DNA of 44,731 bases from Acidimicrobiia bacterium. Lineage in GTDB: Bacteria; Actinomycetota; Acidimicrobiia; Spongiisociales; UBA5794. The stretch is taken from NCBI GenBank assembly GCA_036985935.1, contig BTQP01000001.1:1-44731 (forward strand). Direction: 5' to 3'. Position 1 is the first letter of the stretch, and each line of letters opens with the position of its first letter. Positions 19,689-29,903 of this stretch are shown piece by piece. The notes beneath the pieces were generated by a model that was given only the letters and a program-made list of their open reading frames with translations, was not told the origin of the DNA and made no database searches. Made by a program: the position numbers and the translations under genes.

Positions 19689-20465
19689 CTAATGATCCCT
19701 CGCGGCGGTCGCGAGCACCTCCACAGGGGCAGCCACGCCGGTGAACAGCTCGAAAGCTGCAATGGCTTGGCCAACGAGCATGTCGAATCCATCTGCGTGT
19801 GGGAGGCGCTTGATTCTCGCAGTCGCTATCGCGGGCGTCTCGGATGACCCATACGTCATGTCGATGAGTCCTGAGCAGTCCTCGACCACTCCCCGAGGAA
19901 GCTCTTCGCCGTGCATTCCGAGCGGAGTTGCGTTCACGACGATCGAACCAGGCAGGGAACTCCCCCACTCCACGAAGTCCATGGCGATACCGATGTTTCG
20001 TGCAAGTGCAATCGCGGGAGCGCTCTGTCGCGCCGAAATCGAGACCGGTCGGCTCTCCGCAAGACCCACAAGCGCAGCCGCTGCGGCGCCGCCGTGGCCC
20101 AGCAACAGGACCGGGGTGTCGGCAGGCAAACCCAACTTCTCGATCGAGAATCGAACACCGTCTATATCAGTGTTGTATCCCGTGAGCACCTCGTCGGCCG
20201 AGACGATCGTGTTCACAGCGTGAGCCGCGGCAGCCGGAGCATCAGCAATATCGACGGCGGCGAACGCGTGCGCCTTGTGAGGCATCGTCACGCTCACGCC
20301 ATCAAGGTCACCGGTCCTGAGCCGATCTTCGACATCTCGGAAGCGATCGCGTGCGGTCGGCACGAATTCGAAGGTTGCGTCCAGATCGAGCGCGGCGAAC
20401 CCTGCGTTGTGCATGGCAGGCGAACGGGAGTGTTCAACGGGGTCACCGACGATTCCGAACTTCAT
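19689..20465 (-). CDS. aroE: Shikimate dehydrogenase
   Basis: MKFGIVGDPVEHSRSPAMHNAGF is the canonical AroE N-terminus, and NTD and GHGGAA motifs are present. The start forms an ATGA overlap with the mltG stop. Confidence 0.85.
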   Translation of the reverse strand: MKFGIVGDPVEHSRSPAMHNAGFAALDLDATFEFVPTARDRFRDVEDRLRTGDLDGVSVTMPHKAHAFAAVDIADAPAAAAHAVNTIVSADEVLTGYNTDIDGVRFSIEKLGLPADTPVLLLGHGGAAAAALVGLAESRPVSISARQSAPAIALARNIGIAMDFVEWGSSLPGSIVVNATPLGMHGEELPRGVVEDCSGLIDMTYGSSETPAIATARIKRLPHADGFDMLVGQAIAAFELFTGVAAPVEVLATAARDH

Positions 20466-21550
20466 GGAAGAACACCCGCCTCCTTCGCTGCCTTCACATT
20501 TGCCTGGTGGCCCTCGTAGGTTTCCGCGAAGGCGTGGGACCCATCGGTGGAGGCAAGAACGTAGAACAGGTAGCTCGTGGTCGAGGGACGAACCGCCGCT
20601 TGGAGGCTGAGATCTCGGACCGTGCCGATCGGCGTGGGTGGCAGCCCGCCGATGCGGTACGTGTTGTACGCGGACTCGATCTTCAGGTCTTCTGCTGTGA
20701 CCTGGCCGTTTACTCCGCCAAGCGCATACACGACCGTGGCGTCGATCTGGAGTCGCATGTCGATGTCAAGCCGGTTGTGGATAACCGACGAGATGATGGG
20801 ACGATCTTCGTCAGTGCCCGCCTCACGCTCGATGAGCGACGCGATGATCAACGCCTCATAACGCGAGATGCCAAGTTCCTCGATGCGTGACCAGTCGATG
20901 CTCGCGGTTCGTGTCACCATTTCGTCGGCCATCTGGGTCAGCATCGAGACCGGGGTAGCGTCACCGCCCACCGGGTACTTCGCCGGGTACAACAGGCCCT
21001 CCCAACGCGTCAGCGACGTGATATCGCTCGACATCTCAGGCAGCATCGGCGAGGTGACCGAACCTGAGCTGAGAACCGTCTCGAACTCTTCCCTCGTGTA
21101 CCGAGTTTGGGCGGCGAGTTCGTCGAGGATACGGTCGATCGTCCATCCTTCAATGAGCGTGAACGACCCGCCATCGGCGTCTCCTCCAAGCAGCAGTTGA
21201 CGCACGACCGCATCGGGATCCATGTCAGTGACGAATAGGTAGGTGCCTGCCCGCAGTTGGTCCTCGGCCCCTGCACTGCGCGCAGCATCTCTGACCTCGC
21301 TCGACCGGGCGACCCTCGCCTCGTCGAGAATCTGGTAGATCCTCGACGCAGAAGTTCCTGGTGCGATCGTCACCTCGACCTCGACACCGGGTTCGACGCT
21401 CCAAGCGTCGCCCGCGGCAAGGTCTGCTGCGAAACGCGCTGAGAGGATCATGACGATGACTCCCAGCACAATCAGAACCGAAACCAAGATCCATCGCTTG
21501 GGGCGTGTGACCTCAGCTGAGTGGTTCTCCCTCGCTTCCTGATCCTGCAT
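20462..21550 (-). CDS. mltG: Endolytic murein transglycosylase MltG (YceG-like)
   Basis: N-terminal TM helix, then YceG motifs (IIASLIEREA, SAYNTYRIGGLPPTPI). The conserved position is ruvX-mltG-aroE. Confidence 0.85.
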   Translation of the reverse strand: MQDQEARENHSAEVTRPKRWILVSVLIVLGVIVMILSARFAADLAAGDAWSVEPGVEVEVTIAPGTSASRIYQILDEARVARSSEVRDAARSAGAEDQLRAGTYLFVTDMDPDAVVRQLLLGGDADGGSFTLIEGWTIDRILDELAAQTRYTREEFETVLSSGSVTSPMLPEMSSDITSLTRWEGLLYPAKYPVGGDATPVSMLTQMADEMVTRTASIDWSRIEELGISRYEALIIASLIEREAGTDEDRPIISSVIHNRLDIDMRLQIDATVVYALGGVNGQVTAEDLKIESAYNTYRIGGLPPTPIGTVRDLSLQAAVRPSTTSYLFYVLASTDGSHAFAETYEGHQANVKAAKEAGVLP

Positions 21551-21965
21551 CGTTCCTCCGCCGGTCCAGATAGCTCTGGAGCATTACCGCCGCCGCCACC
21601 TGATCCCGTGTCTCTTTTCGCTTCTTACGCCGGACACCGCCCGAGATCAAGGCCGCTTCAGCGGTCTTGGACGTGAATCGTTCGTCCTGGAACACAACCT
21701 CGATGCCGGTCGCCTGCTCCACGAGCTCGCCGAGCTCCCTCGCCGAGTGGGCCGAACTACCCTCACGACCATCGAGGTTGAGCGGGAGACCGATGACGAC
21801 CAGGGAGACGTCAAGTTCCTGGCAGAGATCCCTGATGGCTGAGGCAGCGTCTACCTCGGTTCTATCGATGTAACGATCCGGTGAGGCGATGGTACCTGTG
21901 GGGTCGGCTACCGCCACCCCTATCCGGCGCTCACCCGGATCGAGACCAAGAATCCTTCCGCTCAC
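21513..21965 (-). CDS. ruvX: Holliday-junction-resolvase-like pre-16S rRNA nuclease RuvX/YqgF
   Basis: ILGLDPGERRIGVAV N-terminus and a DERFTS motif. The start forms a GTGA overlap with the alaS stop. Confidence 0.85.
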   Translation of the reverse strand: MSGRILGLDPGERRIGVAVADPTGTIASPDRYIDRTEVDAASAIRDLCQELDVSLVVIGLPLNLDGREGSSAHSARELGELVEQATGIEVVFQDERFTSKTAEAALISGGVRRKKRKETRDQVAAAVMLQSYLDRRRNDAGSGSEGEPLS

Positions 21966-24583
21966 TGGCTTGTGAGCAATGCATGGGCCTCGGAACGGCC
22001 TGTCTCGACGGCTTCATCCATGCCTTCAGACTTCGGCCCGCCTGCCTGGGCAAGTTTGGCGTCCCGGCTTCCACCACCCCCAACGGCCCGTGCCGCGATC
22101 GCTGCGATTTCTCCGGCTGACACACCTGCATCGACAAGTTCGTCAGTTACGAACACGACGAGGGCAGCTTTGGAATCAGTAACCGAACCGAAAACACCGA
22201 CCCCGGAATCGATCCGGTCGCGTACGGCAAACGCGAGAGCTCGGAGACCGTCGCTACCCAATCCATCGATTCTGCCGGCAGCGAGCACATGACCATTGAC
22301 AGTCTCAGCAGCCTCCACAATATCGAGTGCGGCGTCACCGCGTTCACGATCCTCGAACTCACCAAGTCTCGCCTCGGTGGCTCTGAGCCGATCGCTCATA
22401 GAAATCGCAGCCTCCACAGCCTGGCCTGGCTGGGCCTTGAGCACACCCGAAACATCTGCAAGCTGTGTTCGCAGGTCAACCAGATACTGGTACCCGGCGG
22501 AGCCGGTCAGAGCGTCGACGCGTCGCATGTTGCTCCCAACTGACCCCTCGCTCACGAGAACAAGAGGTCCGATCTGCCCGGTGCTCGGAACATGTGTTCC
22601 ACCGCAGAACTCTGTGGAGAAATCTCCCGTGCGAACAACGCGTACACGATCACCGTATTTGTCCCCAAAGAATGCGATCGCGCCCATCTCTTGTGCCTCG
22701 TCCTTCGAGGTCTCGACGGTCGTGACGGCAGCGTTCTCGATGATCCTGTCGTTGGTCACCTTTTCGATGTGGTGCAACGTCTCTGTGTCGAGCGCCGCGT
22801 GGTGGGAAAAGTCGAAGCGAAGCCGATCAGGTGCAACGAGAGATCCGGCCTGGTGGACGTGGTCACCGAGAACGTCGCGCAGCGCCCAATGCAGAATGTG
22901 TGTACCGGTGTGATTCTTGCGCGTGGTTTCTCTTCGGAGACGGTCAATCATCAACCTGGCGTCCTGGCCGTGCTGGATGTGACCCTTCGTGACCTTGCCG
23001 CGATGCCCGTGGATACCCGGCAGAGCCAGCTGCGTGTCGAGGATCTCGACGGTTCCCGTGTCCGTCGTGATCGTGCCGGTATCGCCCACCTGACCACCGG
23101 ATTCTGCATAGAAGGGTGTTACGTCGAGCACCAGCTCGATTGCGCTGCCGACCTCAGCTCGTTCCACGAGTTCGCCCTCCCTGAGGATCGCGAGAACCGA
23201 ACCTCTGGCATCCATGTCCTCGTATCCGACGAAGTCTGTCTGCTCCACTCCTTGAAGTAGCTGGCGATACGCCTCGGCTGCATCTCCACTGTTTCCGCCT
23301 TTGAACGCTGCCCGTGCACGATCCTTCTGTTGTGCCATCTCGGAGTCGAAAGAGGCGCGGTCGACGGCCAGTCCGCGTTCGGCGGCGATCTCTTCAGTGA
23401 GTTCGATCGGGAAACCGAAGGTGTCGTGAAGCTTGAACGCGGTGTCACCTGGTACCGGGGCGCCAGCTTCGAGGGTCTCGAGCGCAACCTCGAGCATTTG
23501 TTCTCCGGACGCGAGAGTTCGCAAGAAGGCGAATTCTTCACGTCCCGCCATGTCCGTGATGAAATCCTGACGCTCCACGATCGCCGGGTACGCGTCACCC
23601 ATTTCACGCCCGGTGACGTCGATGAGTCCCGCCATGATGGGTTCCGTCGCTCCGAGCATTTGGGCATGCCGCACCGCACGCCGGAGCAGTCGCCTCAAGA
23701 TGTACCCGCGACCCTGATTGGACGGCACGACACCATCGGATATCAGAAACGTGATGGCCCTGGCGTGGTCGGCGAGGATCCGAAGCGAGATATCGCTCTT
23801 TTCTCCTGATCCATAGTCGACACCTGTCTGTCGTTCAGCGACCGACATGATCGCCCGGATCGTGTCCGTATCAAAAGTAGACTCGACGCCCTGCATGAGA
23901 AGGGCCATTCGCTCGAGACCCATTCCGGTGTCGATCGACTTGGCCGGCAGGTCGCCCACGACGTGATAGGGCTCGTCCTGGATGTACTGCATGAACACGA
24001 GGTTCCAGAACTCCATGAACCGCTCTTCATCAACGACAGGCCCGCCGTCTGGACCGTACTGGGGGCCCTTGTCGTAGAAGATCTCCGATGAGGGACCGGC
24101 GGGTCCTGCAACACCCATCTGCCAGAAATTGTCCCTGTCGCGCCGTTGCAGCCGCTCGGGAGGTACACCCACAACGTCGAGCCAGATCTCAGCAGCCTCA
24201 TCATCGGTTTCGTGCACTGTGTACCAGAGCCGATCAGGATCGAGTTCGAAACGTTCTGTGATCAACTCGTACGCCAGCGGAATCGCCTTCTCCTTGAAAT
24301 AGTCTCCAAAAGAGAAATTGCCGAGCATTTCGAAGAAAGAGAGGTGTCTCGCTGTCGTACCGAGAATGTCGATGTCCTCGGTGCGAATGCATTTCTGACT
24401 CGATGTCGCCCTCGGCGTCGAAGGTGTCTCCTCACCGAGCAAGTACGACTTGAAAGGCACCATGCCGGCGACGTTCAACAACAGCGCCGGGTCGATGGGA
24501 ATAAGCGACGCGGACGGGATGACGGTATGTCCCCTCGATTCGAAAAAGTCGAGGTATGTGCTTCGGATTTCGTTGGTACGCAT
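21962..24583 (-). CDS. alaS: Alanine-tRNA ligase
   Basis: 873 aa. Motifs FFESRGH, FEMLGNFSFGDYFK, the editing-domain HTGTH and CGGTHV. Confidence 0.95.
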   Translation of the reverse strand: MRTNEIRSTYLDFFESRGHTVIPSASLIPIDPALLLNVAGMVPFKSYLLGEETPSTPRATSSQKCIRTEDIDILGTTARHLSFFEMLGNFSFGDYFKEKAIPLAYELITERFELDPDRLWYTVHETDDEAAEIWLDVVGVPPERLQRRDRDNFWQMGVAGPAGPSSEIFYDKGPQYGPDGGPVVDEERFMEFWNLVFMQYIQDEPYHVVGDLPAKSIDTGMGLERMALLMQGVESTFDTDTIRAIMSVAERQTGVDYGSGEKSDISLRILADHARAITFLISDGVVPSNQGRGYILRRLLRRAVRHAQMLGATEPIMAGLIDVTGREMGDAYPAIVERQDFITDMAGREEFAFLRTLASGEQMLEVALETLEAGAPVPGDTAFKLHDTFGFPIELTEEIAAERGLAVDRASFDSEMAQQKDRARAAFKGGNSGDAAEAYRQLLQGVEQTDFVGYEDMDARGSVLAILREGELVERAEVGSAIELVLDVTPFYAESGGQVGDTGTITTDTGTVEILDTQLALPGIHGHRGKVTKGHIQHGQDARLMIDRLRRETTRKNHTGTHILHWALRDVLGDHVHQAGSLVAPDRLRFDFSHHAALDTETLHHIEKVTNDRIIENAAVTTVETSKDEAQEMGAIAFFGDKYGDRVRVVRTGDFSTEFCGGTHVPSTGQIGPLVLVSEGSVGSNMRRVDALTGSAGYQYLVDLRTQLADVSGVLKAQPGQAVEAAISMSDRLRATEARLGEFEDRERGDAALDIVEAAETVNGHVLAAGRIDGLGSDGLRALAFAVRDRIDSGVGVFGSVTDSKAALVVFVTDELVDAGVSAGEIAAIAARAVGGGGSRDAKLAQAGGPKSEGMDEAVETGRSEAHALLTSQ

Positions 24584-24627
24584 GGTCAGGCGAGGTTAGT
24601 CCGGCGAGTGCCGATTGACGCCACGGG

Positions 24628-24849
24628 TTAGGAGGACTCGACGGGAATATCAGGTGTAGCTTTGATCGCTGAACGCTGAAGTTTCCTTCCGGTGTATTCG
24701 ATCGCATCGGCAGCGAACGACGCACCGATTCTCGTAACGCCCTCGGCATCGAGTCGCTCACGCATCGCCCGCGCTCTTTTCACGACCAGAACCGTGGCGC
24801 CGAGCGTCGCCGCAGTGCCATACACAAACCAGCGTGCACGTGTGAACAT
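24628..24849 (-). CDS. Small hypothetical membrane protein
   Basis: 73-aa ORF with one N-terminal TM helix (WFVYGTAATLGATVLVV) and plausible codon usage. No SD-like sequence lies upstream. It fills the gap between rarA and alaS. Confidence 0.4.
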   Translation of the reverse strand: MFTRARWFVYGTAATLGATVLVVKRARAMRERLDAEGVTRIGASFAADAIEYTGRKLQRSAIKATPDIPVESS

Positions 24850-24866
24850 GAGTCGAAGAATAGTGG

Positions 24867-26225
24867 TCAGTCTGGACGTTGTCGGTGGTGCGGCGTGCGT
24901 TGCTTGCCCAGGATCTCGTCGATGCGGGCTAGTCGGTCTGCCAGCGTGGTTTCGTCACCGACTCGTTTCGGTTGATACAGGATCGTTCCCTCCAGCCCGT
25001 CCGGCAGGTACTGCTGTTCGCTCACGGACCGTGGGTCGTCGTGGGGATACTGGTACCCAACACCGAATCCAAGTGCGCGATCTCCCGCGGTCGAACCCGA
25101 ACGAAGATGTGCGGGAACTTCACCGTGCGGTCCTTCGAGGACTGCCTCACGCGCAGACGCGATAGCCGCGGTCACCGAGTTGGACTTCGGAGCCAGGGCA
25201 AGCGCCAAAGCCGCATGTGTCAGGTTGTATGTGGCCTCGGGGAGACCAACGAACTCGAGGGCCTGGAATGCGGCGACGGCGATGGTCAAGGCTGAAGGGT
25301 CGGCGAGCCCCACATCTTCAGACGCAAACACGACCATGCGGCGTGCGATCAACCTCGGATCCTCCCCTGCCTCGAGCATTGTGTGCAGCCAGTACAGCGT
25401 GGCATCTGGATCGCTCCCGCGCATCGACTTGATGAACGCGGACACGACGTCGTAGTGCCTGTCCCCTGCCCTGTCGTATCGGATGATGCGGCGTTGCAAT
25501 GCCTCCTCCACATCTCCAAGCTCGATGGTCTGGTGGTCCTTGCCTACAGATATGGTCGCAGCCGTGTCGAGCGAGTTGAGTGCCAGCCTGGCATCGCCGC
25601 CCACGCGGCTCGCGAGAGCTTCCAGAGCGTCATCGGATGCCGCGATACCGTCCAGCCCTCTCATCTGATCTTCGAGCGCGGCCCGCAGAACCTGATCGAT
25701 CTCTTCCGGTGTCAGCGGTTCGGTACGGAATACGGTGGCACGCGATATCAGAGGTGAATTCACCTCGAAGAACGGATTCTCGGTTGTGGCTCCGATGAGG
25801 ATAACGGTGCCATCTTCAACACCCGGCAGAAGAGCATCCTGTTGTGCTTTGTTGAACCGATGGATCTCGTCGAGGAACAGGATCGTGCGACCACGACCCT
25901 CCCCAAGACGCTGGTCCGCCCGTGCAAGTATCTCGCGCACGTCCTTGACACCGGCCGCGGTTGCGGAAAGTTGCTCGAACGATCCGCCGATGTTCGAGGC
26001 GATCAATCTCGCCAACGTCGTTTTCCCTGTGCCGGGTGGCCCCCACAGGATCATGGAAGCAACGTTGCCCGAGTCCACCATCGAGCGAAAAGCAGCGCCA
26101 CTGTCGAGGAGATGTGACTGGCCAATGACCTCATCGAGCGTGCGGGGTCGCATCCGAGCCGGAAGCGGGGCCTGGGCCCGCTTTATCTCGTCCCGCCTGA
26201 CCGCAAACAGGTCATCTTCCGTCAT
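24867..26225 (-). CDS. rarA: Replication-associated recombination protein A (RarA/MgsA AAA+ ATPase)
   Basis: Walker A GPPGTGKTT, Walker B LFLDEIHRFN, and the C-terminal MgsA domain (YDVVSAFIKSMRGSDPDA). Confidence 0.9.
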   Translation of the reverse strand: MTEDDLFAVRRDEIKRAQAPLPARMRPRTLDEVIGQSHLLDSGAAFRSMVDSGNVASMILWGPPGTGKTTLARLIASNIGGSFEQLSATAAGVKDVREILARADQRLGEGRGRTILFLDEIHRFNKAQQDALLPGVEDGTVILIGATTENPFFEVNSPLISRATVFRTEPLTPEEIDQVLRAALEDQMRGLDGIAASDDALEALASRVGGDARLALNSLDTAATISVGKDHQTIELGDVEEALQRRIIRYDRAGDRHYDVVSAFIKSMRGSDPDATLYWLHTMLEAGEDPRLIARRMVVFASEDVGLADPSALTIAVAAFQALEFVGLPEATYNLTHAALALALAPKSNSVTAAIASAREAVLEGPHGEVPAHLRSGSTAGDRALGFGVGYQYPHDDPRSVSEQQYLPDGLEGTILYQPKRVGDETTLADRLARIDEILGKQRTPHHRQRPD

Positions 26226-28006
26226 CAGTCTGACTGTTCAGCTTCCCGCGCGGCCCACCGATCGAGAACCTCGGGCCTGACCTCGATGCCTAGCTCTTGA
26301 AGCTGCTCGTCGTCTATCTGGCTCGGTGATCCTGTCAGGGGATCTGCGCCCGTTTGCGTCTTCGGGAACGGGATGATCTCACGGATGTTCGGCTCTCCTC
26401 GCAGGATGCTCACGAAGCGGTCGATTCCGACCGCAAAACCAGCATGGGGTGGTGTTCCGTATCGGAGTGCCTCGAGAAACCATCCGAACCGATCCGAGGC
26501 ATCTTCGTCAGAGATGCCCATGACTTCGAATACCTTGGCCTGGGTCACGGGATCATGGATCCTGACGCTGCCTGAACCGAGTTCTGAGCCGTTCAGCACA
26601 AGATCGTACGCCTTCGAGATAGCGGTCTGCGGAGACGAGACCATCTCATCGATGTCGGCGGGTGCTGTGAATGGATGATGAGCAGGTGAGAGATTTCCCT
26701 CGGCATCGACGTCGAACACTGGAAAGTCGACGACAAAAACGAACGCAAGCTCGTCTTGACCCTCCGGTTGACCCAGGTCGAGGCGAAGTTGTCCGAGAAC
26801 CTGTCGGACCAGAGACGTTCGGTCCGCGACCATCAGCAAGGTGTCGCCTGGCATGGCGCCGCAGGCAGTGACAAGCTCCGCCTTCTCCTCGTCCGATAGG
26901 AACTTCGCGACGGGTGAGCGAAGAGATCCGTCCTCCTCCACGACCATCCAGACGAGACCCTTAGCTCCGAGTTCCTGCGCTCTCGAAACCTGGGAGTCCA
27001 GTCCGGATCTGGCGAGTCCGAGCGCACCCGCATTGATGGCCTGGACAGACCCTCCGCTCGAGAGCACAGCAGCGAAGGCGTTGAATTCGGTTGACGCGAA
27101 CACGTCAGACAGGTCGATGATCTCCATAGCGAAACGAAGATCGGGTTTGTCCGTCCCGAAGCGAGCCATTGCCTCGGCGTGTGTCAGCCGCGGAATCGGT
27201 GTGACGATCGTATCTCCCCGGAGGTCAAGGACAACCCGCGCTGCGATCCTTTCGAGGACGGCGAGCACATCATCTTGCCCCCAGAAGGAGCCTTCGAAGT
27301 CGAGCTGCGTGAACTCGATTTGACGGTCGGCCCGAAAATCCTCATCCCGGTAACACTTCGCGACCTGGTAATACCGCTCCACGCCTCCGACCATGAGCAG
27401 TTGCTTGAAGAGTTGCGGAGACTGGGGCAGCGCATAGAAGTTGCCCTGTCGGAGGCGCGACGGTACCAGCATGTCGCGGGCTCCTTCGGGAGTCGAAACG
27501 ATCAGTGTCGGCGTCTCGACTTCGAGGAAACCTTCTTCGTCCATAACGCGGCGCATCGCACGGATCGCTTCCGATCGCGCCTTGAGGTTCTCTGCCATCC
27601 GGGGCCGCCGCATGTCGAGGTAGCGGTACTGGAGTCGTAGTGCCTCGTCGACGTCGGTTCGGTCGTCTAGTTGGAATGGCAATACGTCCGCCGGGCTCAG
27701 GACGATCAATTGTGATGCCACAACCTCGATGGCGCCCGTGGGCAGGTCGTCGTTCGTGGTCCCCTCGGGCCGGGGTCTCACCTTGCCAACGACCTGAACG
27801 CAGAACTCGAGGCGCAACCCATGCAGAACCTCCTCAGAGGCCGGGGTGTCCTCGGGGTTCAGGACGACCTGGACGATTCCGGAGGAATCGCGAAGGTCGA
27901 TGAATATCACGCCGCCGTGATCCCGCCTACGACCGACCCAACCGGCGAGAGTCACGTCGGTGCCCACGTCTGGCGTACGTAACTCGCCTGCGCCGACTGT
28001 CTTCAT
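26225..28006 (-). CDS. aspS: Aspartate-tRNA ligase
   Basis: MKTVGAGELRTPDVGTDVTLAGWVGRRRDHG aligns with E. coli AspRS [31 protein letters not shown]. ATG 28006 overlaps the hisS TGA by 1 nt. The ORF-track start at 28099 lies inside hisS. Confidence 0.95.
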   Translation of the reverse strand: MKTVGAGELRTPDVGTDVTLAGWVGRRRDHGGVIFIDLRDSSGIVQVVLNPEDTPASEEVLHGLRLEFCVQVVGKVRPRPEGTTNDDLPTGAIEVVASQLIVLSPADVLPFQLDDRTDVDEALRLQYRYLDMRRPRMAENLKARSEAIRAMRRVMDEEGFLEVETPTLIVSTPEGARDMLVPSRLRQGNFYALPQSPQLFKQLLMVGGVERYYQVAKCYRDEDFRADRQIEFTQLDFEGSFWGQDDVLAVLERIAARVVLDLRGDTIVTPIPRLTHAEAMARFGTDKPDLRFAMEIIDLSDVFASTEFNAFAAVLSSGGSVQAINAGALGLARSGLDSQVSRAQELGAKGLVWMVVEEDGSLRSPVAKFLSDEEKAELVTACGAMPGDTLLMVADRTSLVRQVLGQLRLDLGQPEGQDELAFVFVVDFPVFDVDAEGNLSPAHHPFTAPADIDEMVSSPQTAISKAYDLVLNGSELGSGSVRIHDPVTQAKVFEVMGISDEDASDRFGWFLEALRYGTPPHAGFAVGIDRFVSILRGEPNIREIIPFPKTQTGADPLTGSPSQIDDEQLQELGIEVRPEVLDRWAAREAEQSD

Positions 28007-29238
28007 CAGGCCCGTAGCCATGACTCGATCTCCTTCACGTTGATTCGGTCCTGTTCGCCGCTGGATAGTTTCTTCACGGTGACGTCTCCGTCGACCCACT
28101 CATCTCCGACAACGATCGCGTTCGACGCTCGACGCCGATCCGCTTCCTTGAATTGCGCCTTGACCGACCTTGATTCAGTGGTCATATCGACATGAAGGCC
28201 GGCTCGGCGCAAGGCAGAGACAAGCCGGCGCGCCTCGGGTCGTCGGGCATCGTCGATGACGACCACGAAAGCATCGAGCAGGCCAGACTCCGTCGAGGGA
28301 GTGGATGCGAGGAGAACCCTGTCTACACCCATAGCGAGGCCGACCCCGGGGGTTGGTTTGCCTCCAAGGACCTCGAACAGTCCGTCATATCGTCCGCCAC
28401 CTCCGACGCTGGACTGCGCTGCGTCGTAAGACGTAGGCACGTATTCCCACACAGTGCGGTTGTAGTAGTCGAGACCTCTCACGAGTCGTTGATCGATCGT
28501 GTACGGAATGGCGAGACTCTCGAGACCGCTGCGAACCTGGGCGAAATGCGTCGACGCATCGGGTCCCAGATGTTCGCCGGGTGTCGGTGCGTCGGCGACG
28601 ACATCAGCGTCTGCCTTCGAGTCGAGCACTCGCATCGGATTCGTTTCGATCCGTCGTTGTGCATCCGACGAGAGCTTCTCATACCTCGCATTGAGGAACC
28701 GCTGTAACTCGTTTCGGTACCGAACCCGGTCCTCGGGGTCACCGATCGAGTTCAATCTCACCTCGACATCCGGCACTTGCATGACTTCGAGATATCGGTA
28801 GCCGAACTCGATGACCTCGACGTCCGCCTCGGCTGATGCTGAGCCGAGATATTCGACTCCTCCTTGATAGAACTGTCGGTATCGTCCCTTCTGCGGTCGT
28901 TCGTACCGGAACATTGGTCCCCAGTACGACATCTTCGCCGTCCCCTGGACGCCTCCGGCCTGGATGACGGCACGAACCACCGAGGCCGTAGCTTCAGGGC
29001 GCAGGGTGATCGATCGATCGCCTCGGTCGGTGAACGTGTACATCTGCTTCTCGACGACCTCCGTGTCGCCGCCGACGCCTCGGGAGAACACCTCGGTGTC
29101 TTCGAAATATGGCGTCAGGGCCAGGCCGTATCCGAAAACCTCCGCGAGCTCCTCGAACGTTCGGTGCGCGGCGCGCCACCTGGCCGACTCCGGCGCCAGG
29201 ATATCAAGGGTGCCTTTCGGGGCTTGGAAGGTGCTCAC
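28006..29238 (-). CDS. hisS: Histidine-tRNA ligase
   Basis: Class II motifs (MFRYERPQKGRYRQF, GGGGRYDGL). The GTG start forms a GTGA overlap with the upstream MBL hydrolase stop. Confidence 0.95.
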   Translation of the reverse strand: MSTFQAPKGTLDILAPESARWRAAHRTFEELAEVFGYGLALTPYFEDTEVFSRGVGGDTEVVEKQMYTFTDRGDRSITLRPEATASVVRAVIQAGGVQGTAKMSYWGPMFRYERPQKGRYRQFYQGGVEYLGSASAEADVEVIEFGYRYLEVMQVPDVEVRLNSIGDPEDRVRYRNELQRFLNARYEKLSSDAQRRIETNPMRVLDSKADADVVADAPTPGEHLGPDASTHFAQVRSGLESLAIPYTIDQRLVRGLDYYNRTVWEYVPTSYDAAQSSVGGGGRYDGLFEVLGGKPTPGVGLAMGVDRVLLASTPSTESGLLDAFVVVIDDARRPEARRLVSALRRAGLHVDMTTESRSVKAQFKEADRRRASNAIVVGDEWVDGDVTVKKLSSGEQDRINVKEIESWLRA

Positions 29239-29891
29239 AGCAGCTCCTGAAGAAAGGGATTGAGGTCGCGTTCGGCTGCAAGCGTAGTGGACGGTCCATG
29301 ACCCGGCAGCACGCTGGTTTCGGGCGGGAGAGGAAGGATCTTCGTTCTCATGGATTCCATCAGCGATGAATACGACCCGCCGGGTAGATCCGTTCTGCCG
29401 ATCGAGCCCGCGAAGAGGTGATCCCCCGAGAACAGAACGCCGTCAGCTTCAATAAGAAAACAGCAATGTCCCAGCGTGTGGCCGGGTGTATGGATGACCT
29501 CAATGCGTACTCCAGCGAGCTCCAGCATCTGACCATCAGCGAGATCGGTGAACCGCGTGCGCACGACATCGCCGTCGAGACCATCCATGGCCTGGCCCAA
29601 TAACGCTTGGAGCTGTTCGCCAGGGTGTCTCGCCATGTCGACGTCATCCGGATGGAGATAGGCCGTTACGGTCGGGCCTGCGACACCGTCGGCGCCACCG
29701 ACATGATCGATATGACCATGGGTTATGAGTACGGCGACGGGCGTCAGGTCGTGTTTTGCAAGCAGTGTGGCAACACCCTCGGGATCTGGAGGGGCATCGA
29801 CGACGATCGCCGGGCCGCCGCGCTCGGAGGCCACAACGTACGCATTGGACTCGAAGAGCCACAGTGGTGCTGAATCGATGAGCAGAGCCAT
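29235..29891 (-). CDS. MBL-fold metallo-hydrolase (glyoxalase II-like)
   Basis: The metal motif THGHIDHVGG plus downstream His and Asp residues (HTPGHT, GDHLF). It holds the conserved position between rel and hisS. Confidence 0.85.
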   Translation of the reverse strand: MALLIDSAPLWLFESNAYVVASERGGPAIVVDAPPDPEGVATLLAKHDLTPVAVLITHGHIDHVGGADGVAGPTVTAYLHPDDVDMARHPGEQLQALLGQAMDGLDGDVVRTRFTDLADGQMLELAGVRIEVIHTPGHTLGHCCFLIEADGVLFSGDHLFAGSIGRTDLPGGSYSSLMESMRTKILPLPPETSVLPGHGPSTTLAAERDLNPFLQELL

Positions 29892-29903
29892 ACGTCGGTC
29901 AGC

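Noticed and set aside
22588-22599. A second GAAC-N4-GTTC match (GGAACATGTGTTCC).
   Set aside because: It lies deep inside alaS and is forced by the codons of the conserved CGGTHV motif. Its flanks are G/C instead of the C/G of the LexA box, and no promoter context exists there.
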